This document shows, one piece after another, positions 36,886-48,528 of a DNA stretch of 48,528 bases. Source of the stretch: Atractiella rhizophila (Eukaryota); NCBI GenBank assembly GCA_021432655.1, contig MU271376.1:1-48528 (forward strand), in the 5' to 3' direction. The translations under genes and the position numbers were made by a program. The notes under the pieces are model-generated. The model was given only the letters and a program-made list of their open reading frames with translations, did no database searches and was not told the origin of the DNA. Each line of letters opens with the position of its first letter. Position 1 is the first letter of the stretch.

Positions 36886-38238
36886 TCACTCTTTCTCAAA
36901 ATGGCTCTGAAACCCCAATGCCACCTTTTCAGCAAACGCCTTCCTCTCTTCCTCATTCTCAATTTCGCTCGCAATCTCCTTCAGGTTCCTTAGATTCTCA
37001 ATTACTCGTCCCAGGTCGAAATCTCCTTGCTCGTCCAGCTTCCTAAATTCCTTCGACAGATCCTCATCCGATGCCAACCCATCATCGAGCTGTCCATATG
37101 CTGCACGATCGAAAGGTACATCGTCCTCTTCGTCAGTGTCGAAAAACGGGTCGTGATCTTGGTTTCCTGACAGGGACTTGCCAAATATGGCATCGTGCGC
37201 TTCTTCTATCTCTTTTGCGGAAGGAAAAGGCAGATGTGCGGAAGATGTAGACGCCTGAAGAGTTGGGGTGAACGCTCCAAATCCTTCTTCGTCCCATGTC
37301 GCGGTTGATGATTTGGATTGCGAGGAGCGAGAAAGCGTCGGTGTGGCGGCGGAGACGAAGTTGGAGAAATCGTCGTTGAAGCCTCCATCGTCGGCAGAGA
37401 TGGACGGGAGGGAATCATCCCTTTCCCGGTGCGGTCCTTCGTCTTCTGAACTGTGCACTTCCCTCTCCTTCCAGCAAGTATGAGTTTTCAAATAATTACT
37501 GGATGAGAGAAGAAGCGTACCTCGAGTCGCCCTTTCCCCTTCCGCTCCTTCCCTTGACTCTTTAGCACCATCTTCTCCCAACGGCAGGCGCTCAAAGCCT
37601 CCTCCACCCTCTTCATTCCACTTATCTCTCCAAACCCATCCTCCCTCTCCTCATCACTCGTTGTCTGCTTTCCCTCAACCCCAAGTGGAACCTCTACCAT
37701 CTCGAACCCAGCATCGGCACATGTGTCTTCAAACTCCTCTTTCAGCTTGTCTTGCGCCGCAGATGCGGAAGCCGAGCTGAAGAGGACGAGGACGAGGGCA
37801 ACTTCGTAGTTGTTGGAGGAATCCGATAAGACACTCAGCAGCTCTTTGAGTGCTGGCAATTCTTCAGACCTCTAAACAACCTATCATGTTCACTTCACGG
37901 TGATGAGTGGGGACCCACGAATGCCACACTCAATATGAGAGCTTGCGAGGATGCTTTTCCTGCCTTTAGGATTGCATCAAAAGATCCAAAGATCTCAAAA
38001 TTAAGCAATGTGGTGTAGTATCGGTTGGATAGCAGATGCGGTAAAGTCGTTAGACCATATTCTTGAGATTGGGAAGTGTATTCTGTGGTAGGGGATTAGG
38101 TGCGGACTGTGCAAATGTAATGGCCATACCATGGAGGACTTTTTCTACGTCGGATCGTGAGCTGCCTAAAGATATGACTGGGACATGATTCGCTTCTTCT
38201 TCCCATCCCGGCGGTAGGGAAGTAGGTGGGACAGACAT
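36886..38238 (-). CDS. IRC6: Alpha/gamma-adaptin-binding protein p34 (AAGAB/Irc6-like), multi-exon
   Basis: LLSNRYYTTLLNF, C...GFEMVEV, GMKRVEEALSACRWEKMVLK, an acidic linker, and C-terminal EEERKAFAEKVALGF resemble family motifs. ATG 38238 joins in frame across a GTATGG..CAG intron. Confidence 0.8.
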
Positions 38239-39864
38239 CTTTGCAACTGGATGTAAAAGAAGCAATATGAGTTTGAGGTGGTCGTCTGGAAACAGCAGAT
38301 AACCCAAAGATAAAGCATGTGCAAGCAATTAAAGAGTATTGACTTGTATCATGAGATTTGCATGGCTCTTGTAACACTAATTCAAAGTTCACTTGTATAG
38401 AGAAAATGAGACAAATGTCATCCTGTCGTCTTTTGACCAGTATCCTCTCTACATCCATATGATGCTGCAGTCCCAGATGAATTGTTACATTCAATAACAA
38501 CAAGCCGTTGCTCACACCAACTTGAGTAGTAATATTTTGGCCGTACCTGAAGAGGGTCGAGCTTGCGCAAGAGGCCGGGAAGGAGAGCAGTCTAACGAGC
38601 TGCCGACTCACCTTTCAAGATTTAAAAGGTTCGGTCAGAGGGATGATGGAAGAGAGCAATACGCTGCTCTGGCCGCCAGTTCTGTAACAAGCTGCTTCAA
38701 CTTCCTGAGCCAAGCTAACTAAACCCCTATCGTGGAAGTCTTTGCACCAGGATTTGATCGAATGGAACAAAGGTGTCAAGCTTGCCAAGGACAAAGGTGT
38801 CAAGGGTGATGCCTCACTGCTCAGGGGGGGAAGATGAGGGAAAGATTGATGAACGATTGATTGAGAGAGGTTGTTGATCTTTGGTAGTAAGCACGTGTAG
38901 GTGCAGTCAAGAAATGCGTCTTTGGTTCACACGGAATTCCTTTGTTCCTTCTCGTACGCGTTTCTCCAACAAAAGGACGTTCACCTGGGTTCACCGCTGA
39001 ATTCGTGGAGAATGGGCCAGTAATACGGTGAGTATCCTCGCTGGGCAATGGCATATGGATGGGCTGGAGCGAACTGCGTCGGGGCTTGTCCGATACAAGG
39101 AGGCAGAACTAGTGCTCCAATATTCGAGCTGCCCTAAGACTTGCAGTCTCTTGTGCTCAGGTGCATCTTTTCTTGGTTTGGTGCAGATGGGGGCAAGCTC
39201 GAAGTTCGAACGCGACAAGAACGCGTCCCAAGCACTTAATTCTCGCCTAGCGCCTGCGAACGATCTGAACTCAGTTGAACTGAGGCCACAATGGGACGCC
39301 AGTTGTTCCCAAGATAGAAGACTCTTCGTTTGTCTCGTATTTACCCTTCTGTTTGTGATCTTTCCCTCGTCCCACCTTTCTCCATGCGCAGTGATACGCG
39401 TAATATATTAGTACTGAGTGACACCGTTGCTGCGTTGTGCTTCAATCGAGGAGAATATATTGCACTTTAATCAGGGCCCGGGAGTGCAAACCCATCAAGG
39501 TCTTTGTTGATTGTAATACGGAGCGTTATTAGGACGACCGCACTCTTCTGCTCTTTCGATCCTGTCTCCTGCCCGAGTGTGTTCAACTAGAAAGTAGAAC
39601 ATATATAGGTAGTAGCTCATCCTGTCTTGCTGTGTGTCGTCCTAAACGGTAAATGTCAAGTGACAGTTGGTGATTCCTCGTGTGGTCTTCTGTAACCTTC
39701 GCTAATTTGTGCCTTAGAATTCAACTTGTAGATTGGATGCAACTTAAAACAAGGTGGGAGTTATCCGTCAATCTCCCAGCGGTGATTTTGATTTCTGTGT
39801 TGGATGAAGAGAGGAGCAATAAATCGCAGAAAGTATCGCATCATTCTTCAACAATCTTTCAGCC

Positions 39865-41257
39865 ATGGAGACCGAAGCCCATACATTTGTTTTGTCCTCG
39901 AACGCCTTACCAATAATTCCATCTGGACCAAAGGTTCTCTCTTCCACTCCAACTCAAAGTCCATTCCGCCTTCTCTCCCTCCCACCCGAACTCCAACTGC
40001 ACGTCATCTCATTCCTATCTTCACGCTCGCACTCAACCAACAGGGCTTCCGATCGCACCTTATTCTCCCTCTCCTTGGTCAATAAACACTTTCGTATATT
40101 AGTCAGGCCCTTCTTGTTTGAAAGAGCCTCCTTTAGGCTCTATGCGTGGAAGGAGGCTTGCCCGGCGCCGGCTGCGTGGGATAGGATGTCGAGGGCGAGG
40201 GAGAAGTACGTCAATGGCCTCCTGTGGTTAGGAAGGTCGGAAGGTAAACGGGAAGACATTGAAGCGGAGGAGGAAGGAGGAGAAGGAGAAGGAGCGGGAT
40301 TGATCCGATTCGTTAAGGAAGTAGGGATCAGGTGGACACCAGTAAGAGCTGAAAACACTGCAGGATGGAGGAGTAGAGGTGGAGTGAGACCGTTTGATGA
40401 TGACGTGCGTTCTTTCCACATTCACCTTGTTCACGTTGGATGGTCTGGCTAACCTCGCGTGGGGGCAGATCGCATTCTTGAAGGACGCGTTGGAGTCGAT
40501 CTTCAAACATGCAAACGTTCAAACTGTGCACCTGACAGTCGACGACCTTTCTCTCCGCGGCTTCTCTTCCCGTCTTTCCTCCTCCCTCCTCCCCATTCTA
40601 TTGTCCATCATTCCCCAAAACGTCGACCTTCGACTTACCCTCACTTCTCCGGCATCCTCTTTCTCCTCGGCTGGCGTCACAACTGATGAGATCGAATCAT
40701 TCCTGGAATTCCTAGTAGAGTTAGGAAGTTGCAGAACGACGAGTGTGGCGTGGACCGATCTCCACAAGATGGAAGGAAAAGCTTGGGACACCATCCGTTC
40801 ACTCAGCGCGACTTTGCACGACTTGAGCATCCGTCTTACCGAAACGGCTTCGTTCTCACTCCCACCATCGGAGGCGCCGATATTGGGAAATCGAAACTGC
40901 AACGGAACGCAAGGTATCAGGAAATTGGCCATCGAAGGCTCCCTTCCAGCACCGCTCGTTTGGTTCCCCGCATCCGGAGGAATGAGCATCCTCACCTTCT
41001 CTACACTCACTCGCCTTTTGGAGGAAGCGGAGTTGGACTTACTTGTTCTGAAAAGGGTGAGGATTCGAGGATTCGAAGACGGGATAAGTGGGAATGCGAG
41101 TGTGAACACTGTTGTTCTAGACGAAGTGGAGTGCACAGAGGATGAGGATGAGGATGGATGGATCAGGCAGCTGGGAGCGACGAGTGTCTTCGTCAGGAAA
41201 GCGGGAGGTGTTGTTACAAAATTGGGGAGCGCCAGGAAGGGATCCCAAGCATTCTAG
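39865..41257 (+). CDS. F-box domain protein (unrelated to the LRR cluster)
   Basis: LLSLPPELQLHVISFL...LFSLSLVNKHFRILVRPFLF. Intron 40405-40468 (GTGCGT..GCTAAC..CAG) joins the two ORFs in frame. Confidence 0.82.
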
Positions 41258-42245
41258 CACACGTACGATGTAAAATTGAGATATTAGCGGTGCCCATCTG
41301 ATCTTTCTTCCATCCAGAGTCATGATATCAGTTATTTCATCATCTTCCTGTGTTATTAGGCACACAAAATCCGAATATCAGTCCATGCCCTTCAATAAGC
41401 ATGACTTTTTTTCGATTTCCTCTGTATGAGCATGAAAGTTCAAAGTACAGACTCACTTCTAGTAGTGACGAAGATGCCCATATCCCAGAGTCCATTTGGA
41501 CCTCGACCATAGTTCCCCGACGGAGATTCACCAGGATCCCCTCAGTAGCACCGTGCGCTTCCCATTAAAATAGACCAATATGGTGTGGGAATCATCTCCA
41601 GCCTTCATTGATCTACAACAATCTCCAAGGTTTTTATTCCCACGATGCGCCTGAGAGAAATTGGCAAAACTTGGCCTTTTTAGTCAGTTCACATACTTGC
41701 AACTCTCTTGATACTCCCCATGATACTAAGATACAGCCAAGGGCTAGCAAACGGCCCAAACAATCCTCGAAAAAAGGGGTTATTCTTAGATAGACAACAG
41801 ATAGAAAGTGGCTTCAACAGAGTGTGCAATAGATTGCTGCTCCTCACGAAAGAAAACAGCATACATTCATTCGTGCCCCGTTCAACTTGAAGCTTTTGTT
41901 CCGCAGAGTGAGAGTAGTACCTCTCAATCTTAAATAGCTCCTGCCTCACTCAAATCTACCCAGTCCTTATCTACCCATTTTCTTGTACGGTTACAGCCTA
42001 CATGTCCCAGCCAAGCCCATTCCGAGTTCACTATGACTGTAACGCAATAACTTTCATTCCTTCTTGAACTGGTGTGATGCGGAACAAGACTAGCGCGGGA
42101 ATCAGAATTGGAACTAATAGTAAGTATTTACAATATTACTAGGATATCACTCAAGAACTTGAGAAGCATAAGAGAGAAGTGTTCGTATGAGCTAGAATGT
42201 ACTTGAACTGATAACACATAGTTTTCAAGGAGGACGCAACAACGA

Positions 42246-43753
42246 TCATTTGTCAAGCATTGCAGAGAAGAGGAGAAGGAACCCTAAGTTACCAGTAGGC
42301 GTAGGTAGGTACCCTATTTGGGGTCGACGAGCGGAAGCGCAGCTCTGCGGATATTCAGCACATTTAGAACGCTTAGTTGTTAATAGGAAAATAGAAAAGG
42401 ACTGACCGATGATTTCGAAGTGATGCTTTTTCCCTAATCGTTTAATCGTTCTCAACGCCTCCCTGTCCATCTCACATGGGAGGGATACAACTTCCAAAGC
42501 CGGGAGCAGTCCTTCCTGAACGGCGCTAACTAAGTCGTGCGCAATTTCGGACTCTGCTTGAAGATCACCCGCAAGAAGACCCAATTTACCACCGTCCATA
42601 CCCCACGCTTGGAAGTTTCTGCTTTCGTACTTATGCCCAAAGTACACTCTCTTTATTCTGGAGCTGAGAAGTCTGAAGGTATCGATAAATGTAGGATCGG
42701 AACTGGTTCGTCCCCCACAGTAGAGATAAACGAGCTGGCGAAGGCGCTGAAGGCTCGTGACCGTGAATTGAAAGTCGGATAGCGACTCCGCTGAACTGTG
42801 CAAAAGCTTGAAAACACTGTCTCCTTCATCCTCGAGCATTTCTCCCGCACGTAGTTTTACGAGCTTGAATTGGCACAGTGGAAAACTGGGAGATGGAGGA
42901 AGGCAACCGTCGAGGACCAGCGCAGAAAGGTTTGAGAGATCAGCGAGGTTGGGAAAAGCCTCTTCAATGGACCAAGGCACGGGGTCGGCCGATCGCGGCT
43001 TTCGAACAGAACGCAGTGTGAGGTCTACGATAGAGGTTGGAAGGTTGCAATTGATGGGTGGCTCCTCGAAGCTCCAGTTGAACTTTTTCAAGCGAGGCAA
43101 AGAGCTGAATCTGCTCTCCGTGTCTTCATCGAGGCCGCCACGTCGAGTAGTCAACTAGTCAACTCCAAATCGGTTAAACCGCATGATGGGAGATGGTATA
43201 CTGAGAGTTGGTCAACTATGGGGAGAACAAGATCCCTGAGAAGAGTGCTGGCAGAATAGTGGGGGAATGCATCGTCTAATATCAAGGGAAGTTTTTGGAT
43301 GTTATTGGTGAAGGTAAGGCTTCGAAGCATAGGTAGAGGGGGAAAGGTAAATGTCCCCTTTAATGCAGCTAAGTCAAAATATTCGATATGAAGTGATGCG
43401 AGGTAAGGAGCAACTTGTTGTAGAACTTCGAAAATCCAGATGCAACTCGCATTATCCTTCACAAGACGGACGGCGCTGGAGTGTCTGTTCGATAAAGCCA
43501 AATGACGGACGTTTCTGACATTCGATGGGTGTATCAATTGGCGCCACTCTTTTAGACGCTTGCGATCCCAATGGTTGTCCCCTCTCAAGAGAGAGAACTC
43601 GAAGACACGTCGCCGCTGCAGGATAGGCTGTGCGATGACCTTCCAACGCGAACAAACGTAACAGCATGCTGACAGGTCCTTGTTCGAGAGGGAGGAAATG
43701 ATTATAACAACAATGTCGTGCGGGATCCCTGGTAGTGCAGCAACTTTTGGCAT
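42246..43753 (-). pseudogene. F-box/LRR paralog of 31173-32546, frameshifted by an 8-bp duplication
   Basis: Full-length colinear similarity (e.g. GDSVFKLLHSSAESLSDFQFTVTSL). AGTCAACT occurs twice at 43149-43164 and breaks the frame. Confidence 0.88.
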
Positions 43754-44449
43754 CCTGTCATAAATCTTGTTTAACTCGTCAGCACTATCAAAACACAATA
43801 TCCCAATTCCGCACGTATTAGTTAATTGTTGTTAGCTCACCAGGACTCGAACAGTTTCACCTCAAAAACAACGTAAAACAGCGTCTTGAACAAGCTTAAA
43901 CAATTGACCAAGTGCTCTCTCCCCTCAGCCTGAGTGCGTGCGGAAGAGGAGAGTCGAGCGACGGGCCTTTTTATGAGTGGAGCAACTGAGTCAAATATTG
44001 CTGGGACCAAACTTTCATAACATAGCATGTGGATTGTATGACGCATTGGGGAATAACATGAGCAAAAAAGGGGATCAGAGAATTTCGTGAGCTTCCATCT
44101 AGTCCTGCAAAGCATCGCTTTGGTAGCCTGGCGGCCTAATGCAGTACTTTCAGAATCTGTTTCGAAGGCATGGTGATTGATTTCGCACTTTACACTCTTG
44201 CTATTTACAATTACCCATGACCGTCAGTAGTGTGGTGAGTTGGATGAGTATGTACAGGTAAAGGGGAAGAGAACAACGATGATCTGGGGCCGTGTATTCG
44301 GAAGGGCGGAGGGCGATTGACGCGACGCAACAGGAGAAGGATTCCCAAGGTACCTCCAACTCATTGGTTCGACATTGTCGGGGCTGCTTAATGGAACCTC
44401 ATTGGCGTCGACGCGCGCGTGGGCACCTCTTCAAAATCAATTGTAAAGA

Positions 44450-45375
44450 TCAGTACTTCTGTTCACCGTCCATAACCATAAGGACGGACTGACTTTTGAC
44501 TTTGAATTGATGGTCGGCTTGTAAACGCTCAAGTGTTGCCATCGTCGCCCTCTCAAGCTCTTGGGGGATAGTGACAAGTTTCAAAGCAGGTAGCGATCCT
44601 TCCGTAATGGCAGTACTTAACGCAGACCCAAGCTCTACCTCAACGGCGGGGTCTCCCGCGTGAAAACGCAATTCAGCGTTGTCCAGAGGACCTCGCGCTT
44701 GGTGTTTCCTGTGTTTGGCAGCCCCAATGTACACGCTAGTTACTCAACTCTAGATGGGTGAGGGCGTAAGATGAGAGATGGTACGTCGAGAGCTGGTGAA
44801 CCATGGGGAGGACAAGAACCTTTAGATGACTGCTGGCAGAATAGTGAGGGAATGCATCCTCAAGTGCCAAGGGAAGTTTCTGGTCAGTGTTGACGATGGT
44901 AAAACTTTCGAGCATAGGCAACGGGGGGAAGTTAAATGCGCTGTCTAATGCAGCAAAGTCGAATTCTTCAATTTTGAGGCGACGTCAGGTAAGGACCAAC
45001 TTCTTGAAGGATTTCGAAGATCAAAACGCAGCTTGAGTTGTCTCTCGTGACTGGTTCTTTTGTAGCATCTTCGTTCAAAAGAACCAAATGGCGGACGTCT
45101 CTGATATTCGAAGGGTGTATAAGCCGACTTTGCTGTTCCTGAACTTCTTGATCTTCATCGTGGTCCCCTCCCAAGAGAGAGAGCGTGAAGACACGTCCGC
45201 GATTCAGCATAGGTTGTGCGAGTGCATTCCAGGACCAACAAACGCTGCAGCACCTTGCGAGGCGCCTGTCGGAGAGTGAAGAAAATATCCAGACGAGGAC
45301 GTCATCCAAAATCACTGAAGCACAACTCCTCCGTTCCGGCATAACCGTCATCATCTCCAAGCTCGATAGATGCAA
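44450..45375 (-). pseudogene. Third F-box/LRR paralog with a frameshift and large internal deletion
   Basis: ILDDVLVWIFSSLSDRRLARCCSVCWSW F-box and a +1 frameshift near 44978. LTHLEL jumps at ~44736 to VYIG...QARG...EGSLPALK, skipping roughly 160 codons present in the paralogs. Confidence 0.88.
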
Positions 45376-45738
45376 TCGTCCTGGGTTATTTCTTCAGCAG
45401 GAAACCACTCGTTCCTTGTAGAATCACTTACGTTCGTAATTTGGACTGAAAACCGTCGAAATTCCGTTGGTCAGTCAGATATATATATTTGAATAGGTTC
45501 CGCCTCTGCGTGGTTGAGACACAATATCTCCATCAACACAAGATCAAGGCTGCTACTCTTTGAAACAGTTGAAGTTGGAACAAGACCAAAACAATTGGGA
45601 CTGATCCGACGAGCATAAAGGGGAAAGCGGAGCATGGTATTGATGGTATGAAACCGAAACGGTAGCTGAGGCTGGTGGCCCCCTGAAATCTGTTTGAAGC
45701 CATCAAATATCGAAACAATTCCTCATTAGCGCTCTAAA

Positions 45739-48523
45739 TTAGGATAATGCAGCTACAATCCGCTCCCTCACTTCCTTTGGATCAATCTTGATGCCTTTCT
45801 GCCTTGCCCCTTTGGTGGCAGCACCAACAAGCCAGCCAATGAGTGCCTGCCGCTTTTTCCCCGGCACTTCCTTTTTGATCTTCTCCACCATCTCTCGCTC
45901 GCTCTCGAATAAAGCCTCCAGGTCGAATTGTTCCATCATCGTCGGTGCTGCTAGAGCGGTGCGAAGATATTGAATCAGTCGGTCGGAGGGTGAGGATGCG
46001 AGGTAATCGGAAAGTAATGGCACGACATCGCTCCCTGTCCCAATACTCAGCCTGACTTCTAGCGGTGGAGAAAGGGCGAACGCTTAAACTCTCCCCAGCT
46101 GACAGCACCTACCACCTCTCTCCATTCCCCTGGCTCCACTTTGGCGTCTTCTAGGGACAAGTTGACTCTTTTCAGCTCTCGAAACAGGTCGTTAATCGTC
46201 CTGAGAACCTTTTCAGTAAACTGGTAAAAGCTGAGAGAAAGGACAGACCAATTTGCGATCAATTGGGCAAGCTCGACATATTCTCCGACCGCTTCTTCAT
46301 ACCACTCCTTTGCACCCGACGAAACGATGATATCGGCATCGCGCATTGCAATCCCGTAAGTCTGAACGAGTCCCTCTGCTCTTCCAGCCGGCGCAATGTC
46401 GGGGGAAGCAGTCTCGATCTCCCAACGTAGCTCCTCCAGCAGATCCTTTTGTTTTCTTTGTTATTGGACGAAGGACGAGTCAAGAAGCGCACGAACCTCG
46501 TCCACTTGAATGACAGGAAGATCAGGTTCCGGCATGTAGCGGTAGTCGACCGTCGTCTCTTTATCTCTCAAAGGGAAAGTTGCGCCTGAGAATGGATCGA
46601 AGAATCTAGTTTCTCGACGCACTTCACCTCCCTCATCGATAACGGCTTGTTGTCGCGTGAGCTCTGATTCTGTGATGTTTTGCATGTTCAGAAAGATGGG
46701 ACTCGATGGGAGGTCAGCACGAACTGATGGCATCGCCTAAAGATCGCAGGCCGTTGAGGTTTTTGAGCTCTACTCGCGCAGAATTGGGCAGCGAGACGTT
46801 GACGTCGCATCTGAGCGATCCCTATTGCCCGCTGAGACTCCGCACCCTCACAAGAGAGAGCCTAGCTCACCGTTTCCATTGACATCTCTCCAACTTTGTG
46901 TCGTTTGAACAGCTGTTGGACAGTCCGCACAAAGTCGATGGCTTCTTCTGCGGTACTACAGGGTATCAACTTGGTGTGTACTTTACGAAATAAAGGGACA
47001 ACAAACTTCATATCAGGATGGGTGACCACTTCGATCAAGGCTGCGCCTGAGCGCGTGAGGTTTATAAGTGACAGCTCCTTTTCATGGTCATGGAAAGTCT
47101 TTGCGGTGTCCTGTCATCATCAACATCAGCCGGTCAACATTTCTCATGGAGAGAGAGAATACGGGACCTGTTCAAGCTGTACCCGTGCGATTCGTACGTT
47201 TCCGACCTTCCCCTCCACGGCTAAAGGGTCTGTAATGTCTCGTTCGGCTAGAACGATGGACGAGCGGGAAGACAGACGGACGATATTGCTGAGTTATCTG
47301 GTATCCTGCAGGTTGATCTGAGTAGAAGTAGTGTTTGCGATCGAAGGACGAGAAGCGCGGTATTCGACAGGAGAGAAGGAGAGAAGATAATAGAGCCAGT
47401 CGGAGTGGTGTTGGGGATAATACCTGGGGGATTGCGATCAGAGCCTAAATTCTACAGTTGCGGGTGTGTCAAGGCAAGAAAATCTTTAGAAGGTCGCTCG
47501 GTGATCTTCTTGTTCTCAGTTTGGGTACAAAGTCGGCACATTAAAATACCTCCTAATGTTTTGTACGGAACCACTCTCTTTATACAGACGCTACTCTTTT
47601 ATGTAGAGTCATTCATTTGTATACCAGGCACTCTTGCCCAGAAGGCACTTTTCCCAGAGGCCACTCTGTCGTGGCATAAAGGTGATTATGTTTTTGCATA
47701 CAACTCATTCTTTTGCATAGATGGCGCGCAAGCAATTTACGTGCAAGTCACCCTTTTGCTTCACGGTTACCACGGAAGACACCCTTTTGCGCAGAAGCCA
47801 CCATTTTGCACGGAAGTCAGTCAGCCTTCTGACAAAAAGAATAGAATCATATCTACAGTTCCTCCTTCTCCCGCTCCTTCGTAAGAGGCCATCAGAAGGC
47901 ATTGCACTTTTAACTCGACAAAACGACAATCAAGGAGCAGAAATAGAAAAGGAGACAAGTGTATTGTATCTCATATTAGGTATAGATGAATAAAGAAATG
48001 GACTGGGCAAAGAACCAGCTGAAGCAGTTGTCTCGATTAGTTCATGACCGATTCCTCGCCCTTCCCTCTGCTCCTGCCTGTGTGGAGTAGAGCGACACGG
48101 AGAGGCGTAGAGGCTCTCGACTCCCAATTGAGCACAAAACATGCAGCAGCTTCTACCGAGACGAGCAGAGCAGAGCAGACCGACTTGAACACCAAATGTT
48201 ATGTCAGAGCTGAAGAAAGAAAGTCTGCAGCTTGCATCATGAACGTCTCACAATCCCTCTCCATCATCCCAACACATGTAGCATACAAGAGAGAAAGACT
48301 CACAGGTAAACTGCCCGGCAACGCTGCATCCAGAGCCTCCACTTCTCTTATCCCACTCTTTCCTTTACCTTTCCCACCTCCCACGGCACGAAAAGCAGCT
48401 GCCATTCACGCTTTTACTCCTTCCGCGAGCCGGAAGGAAAGAGGGATGGAAGGTGGACTCACGACTGAAGAGTTTGGAGGGCGAGAGGAGGTGGATGTGC
48501 ATCTCTAGACCGATTCGTGCCAT
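45739..48523 (-). CDS. PET112: Glutamyl-tRNA(Gln) amidotransferase subunit B (GatB/PET112), multi-exon; may start beyond the window edge
   Basis: [14 protein letters not shown] | DAALPGSLP | VL...[21 protein letters not shown] | VQLEQ|DTAK...[19 protein letters not shown] | [10 protein letters not shown]...VELKNLNG | ETR...[11 protein letters not shown], with a C-terminal Yqey-like helical end. Confidence 0.95.
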
Positions 48524-48528
48524 CTCCT

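Noticed and set aside
47405..47884. 159-aa plus-strand ORF
   Set aside because: Non-ATG start, antisense within the GatB intron, and no recognisable motif.

Overview
Eukaryotic, intron-rich fungal DNA (basidiomycete-like short GT..AG introns with CTAAC/CTGAC branch sites). Roughly 1.5-13.6 kb is a retrotransposon nest: a decayed Ty1/copia element with 5' LTR and PBS, a Ty3/gypsy protease-RT relic, and six copies or fragments of one TGTCAGG...CCCTAACA LTR family, two of them nested with perfect 5-bp TSDs. An HGH1-like gene is cut by a 25-N gap. The ~2 kb after the gap is mirror DNA that matches local elements only when complemented without reversal, most likely a gap-filling artefact. The rest is a duplication-rich gene region. 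It holds a head-to-head inverted pair of divergent Gti1/Pac2 (WOPR) transcription factors, one with a tandemly duplicated in-frame exon and an apparently new intron. It also holds a birth-and-death cluster of F-box/LRR-like paralogs, two recent 1-1.5 kb tandem duplications, and CYSTM, DUF427, AAGAB/Irc6-like and GatB/PET112 genes. The GatB gene has an 880-nt intron with a probable insertion. I found no prokaryote-type system. All family calls rest on motif recognition by eye, not database searches.
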